Of a DNA stretch of 64,000 bases, positions 27,666 through 36,776 are shown piece by piece. The stretch comes from a virus, in IMG/VR virus record IMGVR_UViG_3300048849_000076, positions 1 through 64,000 of that record. One strand, given 5' to 3'. Each line of letters opens with the position of its first letter. The first letter of the stretch is position 1. Position numbers and translations under genes: made by a program. The notes under the pieces were generated by a model that saw only the letters and a list, made by a program, of their open reading frames with translations, did no database searches and had not been told where the DNA came from.

Positions 27666-30398
27666 TTACGCGGCGAGTTTCTGCTGGTGGAAGAGGTAGT
27701 CGACGACGCCACGGATCTCATCGTCGGTCGCACGACCGTTGACGTTCCCAACGCCAACTTCCTTCGGCAGCTCGAAGAGTTCGACCTGGCCGGTGAGCAC
27801 ACCCTTCTTCGGGTTGTAGGGCTCGAAGGTCAGGCCGATTGACGGGCTGGCGTCGAGCTTGCAGTGCTTGAACATGTCCGGATGGTCGATCATGCACTCA
27901 CGGATCAGGCGCACAGCCTCGACGGCGATGCTCTTGTGAGCCGAGAAGACGAGCTCGTCGTGGACTGGCATAAGGAAGCGGAACATCCGGTGATCCCAAC
28001 CGCGTGCCTTCGCCTCCTTGAGGATCCGAAGCACCGTCCGTTTCGCGAGCGTGGCGCAGCTGCCTTGAATGTAGGCATTGACCAGCTGGTTATTCGCACG
28101 GGTCTGGATCTTGCGGATAATGTAATCCCAGACGGCATTGTACCGCATGGCCACATCGTCCGTGCCGTCGTTGGGCAGTTTGAACTTGTCACCGAAGTAT
28201 TCGGCCCACATAGCCGTCGCCTCGAAACGAACACGGCGATGATGATCGGGCAAGGTGACGAAGCCGTTCCGCTTCCCTTCCTCGATCAGGTTGACACGCC
28301 ACAACTCGGCTACCGAAAACCGCTCGCGATAGCGCTTGGTCGCTTCGCCAGTCTTGTCGGTGTTCCAGCCCATCCGCTCACCGATGGTGCCCAGGAAGCC
28401 CGAGTACCAATAGTTGAAGTTGGCACCCTTCCCGACTTCGGTACGCCAGTATTTTGTGGCGTCACCAATCATCAGGGGCTGGCCCTTCAGGTTGGTCGAC
28501 AGTCGGCTGTAATTAGCCATGTCCTGGCCGAAGTTGTCTTTGTAATCGTCCCAGTTCGAGAAAGCCTTCAGCGCCTTGAACTTGGCTTCGTCCATACCAG
28601 GCACGTCGACGGCGAGAATGGCCGAGGCAGCACCTGAATGCAGATCCTCGTGTGGGATCTGGCCGAATGCCTTGATGAACTCCGGATCACCGGAGAACTC
28701 ACCGATCTCGACGAGCTCGACAGCCGACCAGTCGCACGAGATCATGACGTGGTCATCGTTGTCGGCCTGGAAGAAACCACGGACGTAGGTGGACTCGCCA
28801 CGCTTCGCCAGCTGCATCGGGTTCGGGCTCGACGCGCCCATGCGGCGCGTGGCCAGCATGGAAGAGACAACCGGATAGAGACAACCAGTCTCAGGGTCCA
28901 TCAGCTGGGTGTATGGCGTCAGATAGAGCTTCATGCGCTGTTCGACGCCTGAGATCTCGTTGAGGCCCCTGATAACCTTCTGGTGGAGCTCGTTGCTCAG
29001 GCGATCGAGCAGCTTACCGCGTGCGGGGCCGTCGCTCTGGACCTTACCCTGTGACCGGATCACCTTCTGCTGCAGCAGATCGTACATGAGGACGCGAACA
29101 GGCATGTAGTGGCTGAGGTTCGGGCCGTTGCTCTCCCGCTCACCCTTCTCGATCGCCCATGCGTTGGATACGGGACCACGGACCTGCTGGCACTGAGCGA
29201 AGACGATGTGTTCCGGCTGGTGAGGATAAAGACCATCCTCATCCTGCTCTGCTTCCTCGATTACGTCGTCGCTATTGGCCCATACCTCGATCTGGCGGCG
29301 ATACTTGACGTGACCATCCTTGTACCACTTCTCAGTCATCAGGCCTTCGTGGGGCTCGGTCGGGAACGGCAGCAGTTCCTTGATCGTTGCCTTCAGGCCA
29401 CGCAGGGTGTGGGCTATGCCGATCCGCTCAGCATCACGCTGAGAGTAGATGTTCTCGGTCTTCACCCGCATGCCTTCGTCCCAGATATTGGAGAAGACGT
29501 GGATCATCGGGTTTTCTTGCTCGAAGAAGGTACCGATCACGTTCGGATTGGTTTGGGCCATGAAGTCGAGCAAGCGACGGAACAGGCGAACGGCCCAGTA
29601 GGCGTCCTCCGCACCGTAGGCTGACGTCTCGGCGCCCGTGAGCTGGCCCATGTGAGCCCTGCCCCCCAGCACTTCCTTGAAGGTGGTCATCTGATAGTCG
29701 AAGAACGACTTGACTAGACCTTTCAGACCGTAGCCGTAGGCGATCTCCTTGACGAAGCCATTGTAAGAATGACCGGCCGTGCTTTCTTTGGCGATGATCT
29801 TGCCGACAACTTCCTCGAGATCCGGCGGCATGGTCCGGCTGGTCGGGTCGTAGGTCATAGCCAGCTTCAGCAGCGCGGTCCGGAGATCCGCGATACCACC
29901 CTGCCCTGCAGCCAAGAACTTCTGGATGTTGTATTCGTCAGGACCGAAGGCCGATACGGCCATCTGCATGGTGCAGATCACTTCATCGAGCTCGAGGTCG
30001 TAGCAGTTCTTGAACGAGGTCAATTCGTATGGGGCGTTGTGGGCGATCCAGAACGCGCCTTTCGGCTTGGCATCGATCAGCTTGCGGGCCTGCTCCCAAG
30101 GCAGACGGTTATGGACGTCGGCGTGGTTCAGGTTCACGTAGTAGGCAGCGTCATGGTTCTCGGGGTAGAGCGAGAAGCCAGTCATCACTGTGCGCTTCAT
30201 GTCGAACACCAGCTTGGTGTTCTCGGCTTTCGTACCATCTGGCTTGTATTTGCAGAGGGCGTTCAGGCCTGCGTGACGGTTGCTGTCCTGAGTTTCGACA
30301 TCGATGCCTGTAAAGGCGGCTTCCTTTACCGCATGCATGACGGTGAAGGCATGTTGTTCGAAGTTGGTCCCGTCGACCAGGATTGTAGGAATTTTCAT
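27666..30398 (-). CDS. family A DNA polymerase with 3'-5' exonuclease domain
   Basis: Motif A CDWSAVELVE, motif B KGANFNYWYSG, motif C PVHDELVF. N-terminal GIDVETQ exo motif. Confidence 0.93.
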   Translation of the reverse strand: MKIPTILVDGTNFEQHAFTVMHAVKEAAFTGIDVETQDSNRHAGLNALCKYKPDGTKAENTKLVFDMKRTVMTGFSLYPENHDAAYYVNLNHADVHNRLPWEQARKLIDAKPKGAFWIAHNAPYELTSFKNCYDLELDEVICTMQMAVSAFGPDEYNIQKFLAAGQGGIADLRTALLKLAMTYDPTSRTMPPDLEEVVGKIIAKESTAGHSYNGFVKEIAYGYGLKGLVKSFFDYQMTTFKEVLGGRAHMGQLTGAETSAYGAEDAYWAVRLFRRLLDFMAQTNPNVIGTFFEQENPMIHVFSNIWDEGMRVKTENIYSQRDAERIGIAHTLRGLKATIKELLPFPTEPHEGLMTEKWYKDGHVKYRRQIEVWANSDDVIEEAEQDEDGLYPHQPEHIVFAQCQQVRGPVSNAWAIEKGERESNGPNLSHYMPVRVLMYDLLQQKVIRSQGKVQSDGPARGKLLDRLSNELHQKVIRGLNEISGVEQRMKLYLTPYTQLMDPETGCLYPVVSSMLATRRMGASSPNPMQLAKRGESTYVRGFFQADNDDHVMISCDWSAVELVEIGEFSGDPEFIKAFGQIPHEDLHSGAASAILAVDVPGMDEAKFKALKAFSNWDDYKDNFGQDMANYSRLSTNLKGQPLMIGDATKYWRTEVGKGANFNYWYSGFLGTIGERMGWNTDKTGEATKRYRERFSVAELWRVNLIEEGKRNGFVTLPDHHRRVRFEATAMWAEYFGDKFKLPNDGTDDVAMRYNAVWDYIIRKIQTRANNQLVNAYIQGSCATLAKRTVLRILKEAKARGWDHRMFRFLMPVHDELVFSAHKSIAVEAVRLIRECMIDHPDMFKHCKLDASPSIGLTFEPYNPKKGVLTGQVELFELPKEVGVGNVNGRATDDEIRGVVDYLFHQQKLAA

Positions 30399-31123
30399 TG
30401 GAAGTATTCCTTCAGGTAAGCGTCGGCCGCTCCGTAGTTCGGCACGCCCGGGATGATGGTCAGCTCGGTCGTTGGGATCGGGTAGAAGGAGATGATCTCG
30501 TGGAGAGCGCGGATCAGCTCGACGGTCGGCTTGATTGCCTTCGGCAGACCAATGTCGATGATCTCGCCGTGCTGGAGAGCATGGTCGACGAGCCGCTGCA
30601 GATCCTTCAGGTCAGCAGTCTCCCAGGTCTTGGGACCAAAGAGGGGGATGCCACCGATTTTGTCGGAGGAGTCCCCGACCCAGATTTTGTACAGAAGCGT
30701 GAGCTCGGGTGAGACTTTGCCAGTGGCCGTGGTCGTTACGAGCTCTGGAAACTCGCCCTTGATCTGCAGGAAGTCAGCGTCCGTGCTCTCGATGTGGACC
30801 TTGTGTCCCTTCGAGGCAAAGTCGCGAGCGAGAGCGGCAATGACGTCGTCGCCCTCGTAGTCGTTGTGGAAGACCTGGACGACATTGCAGAACTTCAGCA
30901 CCGCGATGAGGTGGTTGAAGAAGAGGCTTACGTCCTTGTCCAAGGGGCCGCGGTTCGTCTTGTACTTTGGATAGACGTTGCGGCGCCGCTGCGAACCCTT
31001 CTCGCCATCCCAAACAACGATCGTCTGCTGACGTGGCTGGTGGTAGGAGTTGAGGATGGAGCGGGCATCACTACCTACCGACACAAGCCGGCGGAAAAAG
31101 TTGTTGCCGTCGATGATGATCAT
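30395..31123 (-). CDS. 5'-3' exonuclease / flap endonuclease
   Basis: MIIIDGNNFFRR, YKTNR and YEGDDVIAAL PIN-like FEN motifs. ATGA overlap with the polymerase start. Confidence 0.88.
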   Translation of the reverse strand: MIIIDGNNFFRRLVSVGSDARSILNSYHQPRQQTIVVWDGEKGSQRRRNVYPKYKTNRGPLDKDVSLFFNHLIAVLKFCNVVQVFHNDYEGDDVIAALARDFASKGHKVHIESTDADFLQIKGEFPELVTTTATGKVSPELTLLYKIWVGDSSDKIGGIPLFGPKTWETADLKDLQRLVDHALQHGEIIDIGLPKAIKPTVELIRALHEIISFYPIPTTELTIIPGVPNYGAADAYLKEYFQ

Positions 31124-31129
31124 GGAAAT

Positions 31130-31152
31130 GAAAAGGGCGGCTCGCGCCGCCC
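31130..31152 (-). terminator. intra-operon intrinsic terminator/attenuator after the SSB-like gene
   Basis: On the minus strand, GGGCGGC-GCGA-GCCGCCC is followed by TTTTCATTTCC. Sits 7 nt upstream of the FEN start. Confidence 0.7.
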
Positions 31153-31162
31153 CTTCTCCTTC

Positions 31163-31873
31163 TTAGTGGACAGTGTCGAAGAACGGGACGACATCCACTT
31201 CCTCGGCCTTGAGGAAGGTCGGGACGCCCCAGTCGTTGACGCCGGCCTTCTGCTTGGTCTCGTAGCCGAGCGTCAGCTTGACGATCGCAGTCTTCGGATC
31301 GATCTCCTTACGGGCCAGTTCCTTGACGAAGGTCTGGAACTGCTTCCAGCCGGTTGTCGAGAGGGTCAGGCCAACACGCTCGCCAGCTTCAGCGGCGTTC
31401 TTGCCCTTCTCCTTGGACTCGACGGCGGATGCGAGGGTCGCGGGGATTTCAGCCGAGCGATACTCGTAAGCCTTCGGGTCGATCTGCTGAGCCCGACGCA
31501 TGGTTTCAACCCAGGCGCCGCCCTGTGCATCAAGCACGCGGTCGTAGGTACGGTGGTAAACCGCCTTGCCATTCTGCTGGTACTTGATCTGGAAGCTGTA
31601 GGCGATTTCGGACATGTCGATGAAGACCTCGATTTCGTCGAGGGGCTTCGTCTTGTCACCGATGGTCAGTCCGAACGGCGTGACCTTCAGCCAATGGTCG
31701 ACGGAAACGCCGCCACCCATCATGTCGTCCAGGCCGAGCGGAGCACCGGCCGAAACCGGTGCGCCAACTGCCGTACCGGCATTGGCCTGAGTTGCCAGGG
31801 CACCCTGAACGTTTGCGAGTTCGGCTGCGCCGGCCTGTGCTGCTGCGATTGCTGCTGCGATAGAGTCAGACAT
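31163..31873 (-). CDS. putative ssDNA-binding protein (T7 gp2.5-like size and tail)
   Basis: 236 aa with an Ala-rich N-terminus and an acidic/aromatic C-terminus EEVDVVPFFDTVH. Sits between the helicase and FEN/polymerase. Assignment is tentative. Confidence 0.4.
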   Translation of the reverse strand: MSDSIAAAIAAAQAGAAELANVQGALATQANAGTAVGAPVSAGAPLGLDDMMGGGVSVDHWLKVTPFGLTIGDKTKPLDEIEVFIDMSEIAYSFQIKYQQNGKAVYHRTYDRVLDAQGGAWVETMRRAQQIDPKAYEYRSAEIPATLASAVESKEKGKNAAEAGERVGLTLSTTGWKQFQTFVKELARKEIDPKTAIVKLTLGYETKQKAGVNDWGVPTFLKAEEVDVVPFFDTVH

Positions 31874-31980
31874 AGATACTGTTCCTTGATACAGAGATTT
31901 CGTTTCCCGTTGCGAGTTCTTTCGCTTCGGTGATTGCTATGTGGCACGAGTCTTTTTGAGATTTAAGGTCTGATCAGCGT

Positions 31981-31995
31981 GAGTAATCTGTACTC
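31981..31995. promoter_or_regulatory. 15-bp palindromic motif copy
   Basis: GAGTAATCTGTACTC at the SNF2 stop, about 108 nt upstream of the SSB-like start. Confidence 0.5.
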
Positions 31996-33421
31996 ACGCA
32001 GCAAGTTTGTAATCTTGCTCATATCCTGAGAGTTGCAGGATAGGACGGCTGGGATCTACCTTGTTGGCGTCGAGGCTCTTCCGGTAGATGATGCCGCAGA
32101 TATGCTGATCGAGAGAGTCGTTGTATTCCAGGGTCGTGAGCCTCAGAGGCGTCGACCGCTTTCCGCGGATCGCTCGCTGACGGGCCTGAACGAATGTCGC
32201 GTCCGAGAAGCCGAGCGCGATGAAGATTTCATGATCAACCTCCTTTTCTCCGCAGAATTGCCAGTTGTATCCGAACGATGCGGTTTGCTCGGTGGCGAGG
32301 ATGACTTGAATGCGGCCGGCGATGAAATCCTCGTCGACAGCGTCACGCTGTTTGCGTGACTGTTGCCCGTTGATGAGCCCGAACTTGAAGTGCATCGACT
32401 TCAAGATCTCAGCGATGCGTTCCTGCTGGGGGATCAGCGGCGTGAAGATGATGAGTGGCTTTTCATTGAGCCAGTGCTCCTCAAGGTGGACTTTGAGGCG
32501 CTCCTCCTTCTCGGTCGGTTCGCCCTTCATGATGTCGATGAACTGGCCCGGGAACCGGAGATCTGGGAAGTTGCTCGGATGCTCCATGAGCTGACGGGCG
32601 CGAGTGAAGGCGACTCCAGGCAGTGTGCCGTCGAGGAAGAACTGCTCCAGCTCGAGGATCGCGTCGTCACGGAAGGTGTCGTAGTAGCGCCGCTGCAGCG
32701 GCGTCATATCCACCATCTCAGGGATATGAACGACCTCCTGCTCACCATGGACGCTTGCGAACGTGCGTCGGATGGCATGCCGGCCGAAGATCTTGGCCAG
32801 CTTGTCGTGGTTCTTCCAACCCTCGATTTTTCCGTCGAAGCCGAAGACACCGTGGTGGTTGAGAAAGCCCTGCTCGCTCATGTAATAGCGAGGCTGGATG
32901 ATGCGGATCGCTGGATAGGCTGAAGAGAGCTTGCCGTCGATGAGAGTGCCGGTCATCCCAAGGAAGTGGGTCATCCGTCCGATGTCGAACATTCGAAAGA
33001 GCGCTAGGCTGTTCTGACTATCAGCGGATTTGTAACCCATATGCAGTTCGTCAATATGAACAGCTTTGACGTGAGCTGGCAGTTGCTTCCAACTGAGAGT
33101 GAACCGGCGGAAGCCCATTAGATAGACCTTGGCACCGCTCTCGAGTTGCTTCTTTACTTGAGCGGGAGTGCCGTCGACGATAACGACATCCTCGTCTTTG
33201 AAGTTGGTGAACCGAAGGATCTCTTTTTTGTTCTTCTTCAGGAGAGATTTCGGTTGCGGCCAAACTGTCCCGATGCCATGCTCGGACCACAGGTACCATT
33301 GCATTACCACAACAGATGGTGTTTTGCCGGTTCCTGCGTCCGAGAGGTTTAGGCATTTTTGGTTAGCCATATAGAAGGCAAGGTCCGCAATTTGATAATC
33401 GCGGAGAGACGCATTAGTCAT
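31994..33421 (-). CDS. SNF2/DEAD-like superfamily 2 helicase
   Basis: DYQ...DAGTGKT (motif I), DELH (motif II), C-terminal helicase motifs. Starts at ATG 33421, or alternatively GTG 33433. Confidence 0.85.
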   Translation of the reverse strand: MTNASLRDYQIADLAFYMANQKCLNLSDAGTGKTPSVVVMQWYLWSEHGIGTVWPQPKSLLKKNKKEILRFTNFKDEDVVIVDGTPAQVKKQLESGAKVYLMGFRRFTLSWKQLPAHVKAVHIDELHMGYKSADSQNSLALFRMFDIGRMTHFLGMTGTLIDGKLSSAYPAIRIIQPRYYMSEQGFLNHHGVFGFDGKIEGWKNHDKLAKIFGRHAIRRTFASVHGEQEVVHIPEMVDMTPLQRRYYDTFRDDAILELEQFFLDGTLPGVAFTRARQLMEHPSNFPDLRFPGQFIDIMKGEPTEKEERLKVHLEEHWLNEKPLIIFTPLIPQQERIAEILKSMHFKFGLINGQQSRKQRDAVDEDFIAGRIQVILATEQTASFGYNWQFCGEKEVDHEIFIALGFSDATFVQARQRAIRGKRSTPLRLTTLEYNDSLDQHICGIIYRKSLDANKVDPSRPILQLSGYEQDYKLAA

Positions 33422-33434
33422 GGAGGTACCCACT

Positions 33435-33782
33435 ATGGATTTGGCAGAGATCGACGCAAAGATCGCGGAGTTGGAAGCGCTGAAGGCGAAGGCCCTGGCT
33501 GCTGAGAAAGAGAAGGAAGATCAGTCTCGATATGACGAGGCTGTCATTCTGTTTCCGGAATTGATCGCGATCGTCCGCAGACTGCACGAGATCGGTTACC
33601 TGCCGCCACGCTTGGCGAAGGTGTTGACCGATGAGACCGGGAAGGTGAACCCGGGGATGTATCTGAAACGTCCCCGGGCTGTCATCAGGCAGCATGACGT
33701 AGCGAGCGAAGATGAGCAGCCCACTCACGAGCCTCATGCCGCTCCTCGGAAGCGAGCTGCTCGTAGTCAGGCATCAGCTTAA
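33435..33782 (+). CDS. hypothetical coiled-coil protein on the opposite strand
   Basis: ATG 33435 with GGAGG 8 nt upstream. GC3-rich. The only credible ORF filling 33434-33684. Its 3' end overlaps the convergent gene by 98 nt. Confidence 0.55.
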   Translation: MDLAEIDAKIAELEALKAKALAAEKEKEDQSRYDEAVILFPELIAIVRRLHEIGYLPPRLAKVLTDETGKVNPGMYLKRPRAVIRQHDVASEDEQPTHEPHAAPRKRAARSQASA

Positions 33783-34002
33783 TCCACAGCGGCGCTGTGT
33801 CGTCGTATGACCCTTGGTACTCCCGAGCCAGCTCCGGAGTGATGTCCGCGACATGCAGGGTTGCGGGATCGAACATCAGGATGCGTACGGTATCGAACCC
33901 CTCAGACGCCTTGATGATCTTGGCCGTCTGGGCCGCAGCCGGAATGCAAGGGTCGATGATCTCAAAGCGATCACGCTCGAGAACCTCAAAGAGTATTCTC
34001 AT
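33685..34002 (-). CDS. hypothetical protein
   Basis: ATG 34002 with GGAG SD, following the bidirectional terminator. Confidence 0.6.
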   Translation of the reverse strand: MRILFEVLERDRFEIIDPCIPAAAQTAKIIKASEGFDTVRILMFDPATLHVADITPELAREYQGSYDDTAPLWIKLMPDYEQLASEERHEAREWAAHLRSLRHAA

Positions 34003-34135
34003 GGTCAGCTCCATTGATAAGGAAAAAGCTCGTTTAACGTCCGAGCTAGACGGCCAGGTCTTCGTCGAGGGAAAGGTTAACCTCAACTTCCTGACGGCGG
34101 GTGTTGGTAACGCCACCGCCCGCTGAGCGTTGGGA

Positions 34136-34171
34136 AACAAAAAAGGCCGGTAGAAATCTACCGGCCTTTTC
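34136..34171. terminator. bidirectional intrinsic terminator
   Basis: AAAAAA-GGCCGGTAG-AAAT-CTACCGGCC-TTTT. Confidence 0.8.
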
Positions 34172-34337
34172 TCGGAGGTTTTAGCTCCAGTTCTGGTTTG
34201 TCTTCGGGCAATGCCTCGATCCTTTTTCCGAGATCTATGACCTCGTTGTAGCGCTCCTGATCCCAGCGGCCCTTCTCATTGATCGAGGCCAAGAGTTTGT
34301 CGCGCCGGATGATGAGTGTTTGACGTTCTGTGCTCAT
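34158..34337 (-). CDS. small hypothetical protein (59 aa), possibly leaderless
   Basis: ORF below the track cutoff. TTGCAA-N19-TATCAT lies 5 nt before the ATG. The stop lies inside the terminator hairpin. Confidence 0.35.
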   Translation of the reverse strand: MSTERQTLIIRRDKLLASINEKGRWDQERYNEVIDLGKRIEALPEDKPELELKPPRKGR

Positions 34338-34416
34338 GAGACATGATATGGGATTTCAGCCCCAGGTTTGCAACTCCTGCAGTTGAAGGTTACGTTTACT
34401 TGCCTCAGCCGTCCAG

Positions 34417-34462
34417 AAACAACGAAGCCGGCGACGTATGTCGGCCGGCTCTATCGTTTTGC
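34417..34462. terminator. terminator-like hairpin downstream of the regulator gene
   Basis: AGCCGGCGAC-GTAT-GTCGGCCGGCT (one bulge) with T-rich runs on both sides. Confidence 0.5.
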
Positions 34463-34557
34463 ATTTCAGGAGGAGAGTTCCCCGGAGTAACATATCCTGT
34501 TGCCAGTCTGGTGCTCGTCGGAACTCACTCACGATGCTGAAGTAGGTCTGGTACGTC

Positions 34558-34989
34558 CTAATTACGGACATTCGGCCTCCCATATAAATTGCTGTCGAAG
34601 GTTTGCATCAAGGTGTCGATAGACTGTTTCGTCACCTCGGAGATCGTGATCAACTGGCTAAGGCTGAAGTCATGCTGCCCAACTTCCATCCGTGCCAGGA
34701 CGATAGGGCTGACGCCAAGCTTCTCTGCGAACGCCCTCGATCCAGTCGCGCCTCGTGCCATGTTCAGGCGAATACCAATGGCGTGGTGCTGACGGGATAT
34801 AGGTAGGGAGTTTTCGCGGCGCTTCGGTCCCTTTTGTGTGGGCGTGTAATTCCGGACGATCTTGCTACGCTGGAAAAGCTTGCGGATGGTCTGATCTGAA
34901 CGCTTGTACTTATGGGCAATTTCGGCCACAGACATGGTGCTGTGCTCGAGATCATGAAGCGCACTGGTATGCCAACTGGGTGTAGTCAT
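34558..34989 (-). CDS. helix-turn-helix transcriptional regulator (two HTH-like segments)
   Basis: MSVAEIAHKYKRSDQTIRKLF, plus the XRE-like AFAEKLGVSPIVLARMEVGQHDFSLSQLITISEV. Monocistronic, flanked by long non-coding regions. Confidence 0.7.
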   Translation of the reverse strand: MTTPSWHTSALHDLEHSTMSVAEIAHKYKRSDQTIRKLFQRSKIVRNYTPTQKGPKRRENSLPISRQHHAIGIRLNMARGATGSRAFAEKLGVSPIVLARMEVGQHDFSLSQLITISEVTKQSIDTLMQTFDSNLYGRPNVRN

Positions 34990-35290
34990 CGTTTCTTCCT
35001 ATCCCCGCCTTACGGGGACCAATGCGTTGAAGGGATCATCTCATGCTCAATTACGTGGTAGGAAGATAGTCCTACACCTGGGTTGGTGGCAAGAGCGGCC
35101 ACAGGTTTATTTTCCCAGAGTGGGAGCAGTCCACGTTATCCACAGGTGGACGACGCGAATAGCACCAGCTCTAGCGATTAAGCTGTCAATGGTAATAGGG
35201 GCAATGGCCCGTCAGGCCCGCATAAACACTCGGTTAAGATGTTTTAACGGTTCCGACAATGACTCAAAAATCAATCACAAGAACTTTTAC

Positions 35291-35518
35291 TCAATTTAGA
35301 GCCTTGTGATACCGATCCACTATGTGGTTGTAAGTTATAGGGCTTTCGTAGCCGGCGCTCAGCAGCAAGCTGCAGAGCCGCTCCATCTTCTCGATCGTAG
35401 GAGCACAAGCTACCAGATCATCGTCCTCATAATGGAGGTCGAGTTCGCTGGCGAGCTCATTGATCACGTCCGTGATGGCAACTGCTAATTCTGGGGATAT
35501 CATTGTGGTCGTCATCAT
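35291..35518 (-). CDS. hypothetical acidic protein
   Basis: ATGA overlap with the upstream stop. 75 aa. Confidence 0.6.
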   Translation of the reverse strand: MMTTTMISPELAVAITDVINELASELDLHYEDDDLVACAPTIEKMERLCSLLLSAGYESPITYNHIVDRYHKALN

Positions 35519-36270
35519 TCGGGGTTGGCTCCTTTCAGTATGGACCCAGCGACCGTAGCCGTCTGGGAAACCTGTTTTTTCTTGGTTCCGTGAGCAGGAA
35601 AGCCAATGATAGCTCCTCGCTCACCTGGTCGCGCACAGGCCCCGCACTGCAGGCAATTCGTTTCAGTGTATGTCGCTGGGCAGACCGCGATACGGCGACC
35701 GCCAGGCGTATGCTTCGGCAGCTCGTTCAGCCGAGCCCGATATTCGGTTTTCGTTTCGTCCTTCCCTTTGCCATAACTATCCGGAAGGACAACTACAACA
35801 TTAAGGCCGTGATGTGCCAGCTCGTCAGCGTGACTGACATTGTTGGCGGATAGATTAACTGAGAAACCGAGGTCTCGAGCGAGCTTGAGTGTTTCAATGT
35901 TCTCATCGGTCGGCGGCTTATGAGTGAACGCTATTACTGGCCTACCTCGGTTGGCCTTTGCAAGCCTCAACATTTGCTCGCGATCGATTTCGTCACCGTC
36001 ACCAGGCAAATCTCCTGCTTGACCGTAACGCCACATCTGCCGCTTTGGCAACTGCTCAACATCCTTCACAAAAGTTTGGAAGTCTCCCCCGACTTCCCCT
36101 CTGTCGACCTTACCCCAGAAGATCGACATTGGACCGTATTCCGCATAGCAACCACCACTTCCTTTTAACGGGCAAGAGTCAGGGCAGGTGGACCTTGCCG
36201 ACGTGGATGCCGGCATTGGTCCAAGCTTCTGATTACGGCTGATTTTTGTGAGACTGTAGAACATGGGCAC
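35515..36270 (-). CDS. Cys-cluster conserved phage protein (GP88-like?)
   Basis: GGAGGG SD. CPDSCPLKGSGGCY near the N-terminus and CPATYTETNCLQCGAC near the C-terminus. Family name is from memory only. Confidence 0.6.
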   Translation of the reverse strand: MPMFYSLTKISRNQKLGPMPASTSARSTCPDSCPLKGSGGCYAEYGPMSIFWGKVDRGEVGGDFQTFVKDVEQLPKRQMWRYGQAGDLPGDGDEIDREQMLRLAKANRGRPVIAFTHKPPTDENIETLKLARDLGFSVNLSANNVSHADELAHHGLNVVVVLPDSYGKGKDETKTEYRARLNELPKHTPGGRRIAVCPATYTETNCLQCGACARPGERGAIIGFPAHGTKKKQVSQTATVAGSILKGANPE

Positions 36271-36282
36271 TGCCCTCCAGGC

Positions 36283-36310
36283 AATAAAAAACCCGCCTCA
36301 GCGGGCGGGT
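36283..36310 (-). terminator. intrinsic terminator
   Basis: On the minus strand, ACCCGCC-CGCTGA-GGCGGGT is followed by TTTTTTATT. Confidence 0.8.
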
Positions 36311-36489
36311 TGATTGAGGAAGGCTCTGAGCCCTCGGTAGGTGTGAAAGCGCCTAAGTCGGCCGGTCGCTTTGTCCTTGTGGACCCAAGCGTCCCAGCCA
36401 TATCGAAGTGGAAGGCGCATACGAAAAAGGTCCCTCACAGGGACCATCTCTTGTGTGCCAGGTGCTACGACAAAGATCATTCGCGGCAC
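36298..36489 (-). CDS. hypothetical protein
   Basis: 63-aa ORF ending inside the terminator hairpin. Confidence 0.5.
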   Translation of the reverse strand: MPRMIFVVAPGTQEMVPVRDLFRMRLPLRYGWDAWVHKDKATGRLRRFHTYRGLRAFLNQPAR

Positions 36490-36773
36490 AGCTCGTGCAT
36501 GATCGGATTGTCGGAATAATCAGCGACGACATCCTCGTCATTCCCATGGACTAGCCATAGGTCACCGACAAAGACTCCCGCTTGACGGAACCGAAGTTGA
36601 GTCAGGTCTGTCTGAGCTACGTCTGACGCAATGGTGTCGTAGTCTGTGCTGCGTTTCACAGGCCACTCCTCACCATCAAATACGGAAACCTGATAATTAG
36701 CACGCAAAGCTCTTTCGATAATCTTTCGAACAATGTCTTGCTCGATCTTCGGCATATGACTCGGGAACCCCAT
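36477..36773 (-). CDS. hypothetical protein
   Basis: 98-aa ORF starting 3 nt after the PAPS-reductase-like stop. Confidence 0.6.
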   Translation of the reverse strand: MGFPSHMPKIEQDIVRKIIERALRANYQVSVFDGEEWPVKRSTDYDTIASDVAQTDLTQLRFRQAGVFVGDLWLVHGNDEDVVADYSDNPIMHELCRE

Positions 36774-36776
36774 GGT

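Noticed and set aside
15489-31123. PurZ (adenylosuccinate-synthetase-like) gene completing a Z-genome cluster
   Set aside because: No ORF in the replication/nucleotide block shows a GDxGKG N-terminus or PurA-like length. I therefore do not claim the Z pathway, only a resemblance of the hydrolase set.
30794-31933. 379-aa plus-strand ORF
   Set aside because: It spans the FEN and SSB-like genes and an intervening terminator on the opposite strand. Shadow frame.
35234-35248. CtrA-binding site TTAA-N7-TTAA
   Set aside because: The spacing between the TTAA half-sites is 6 nt, not 7, so it does not fit the consensus.
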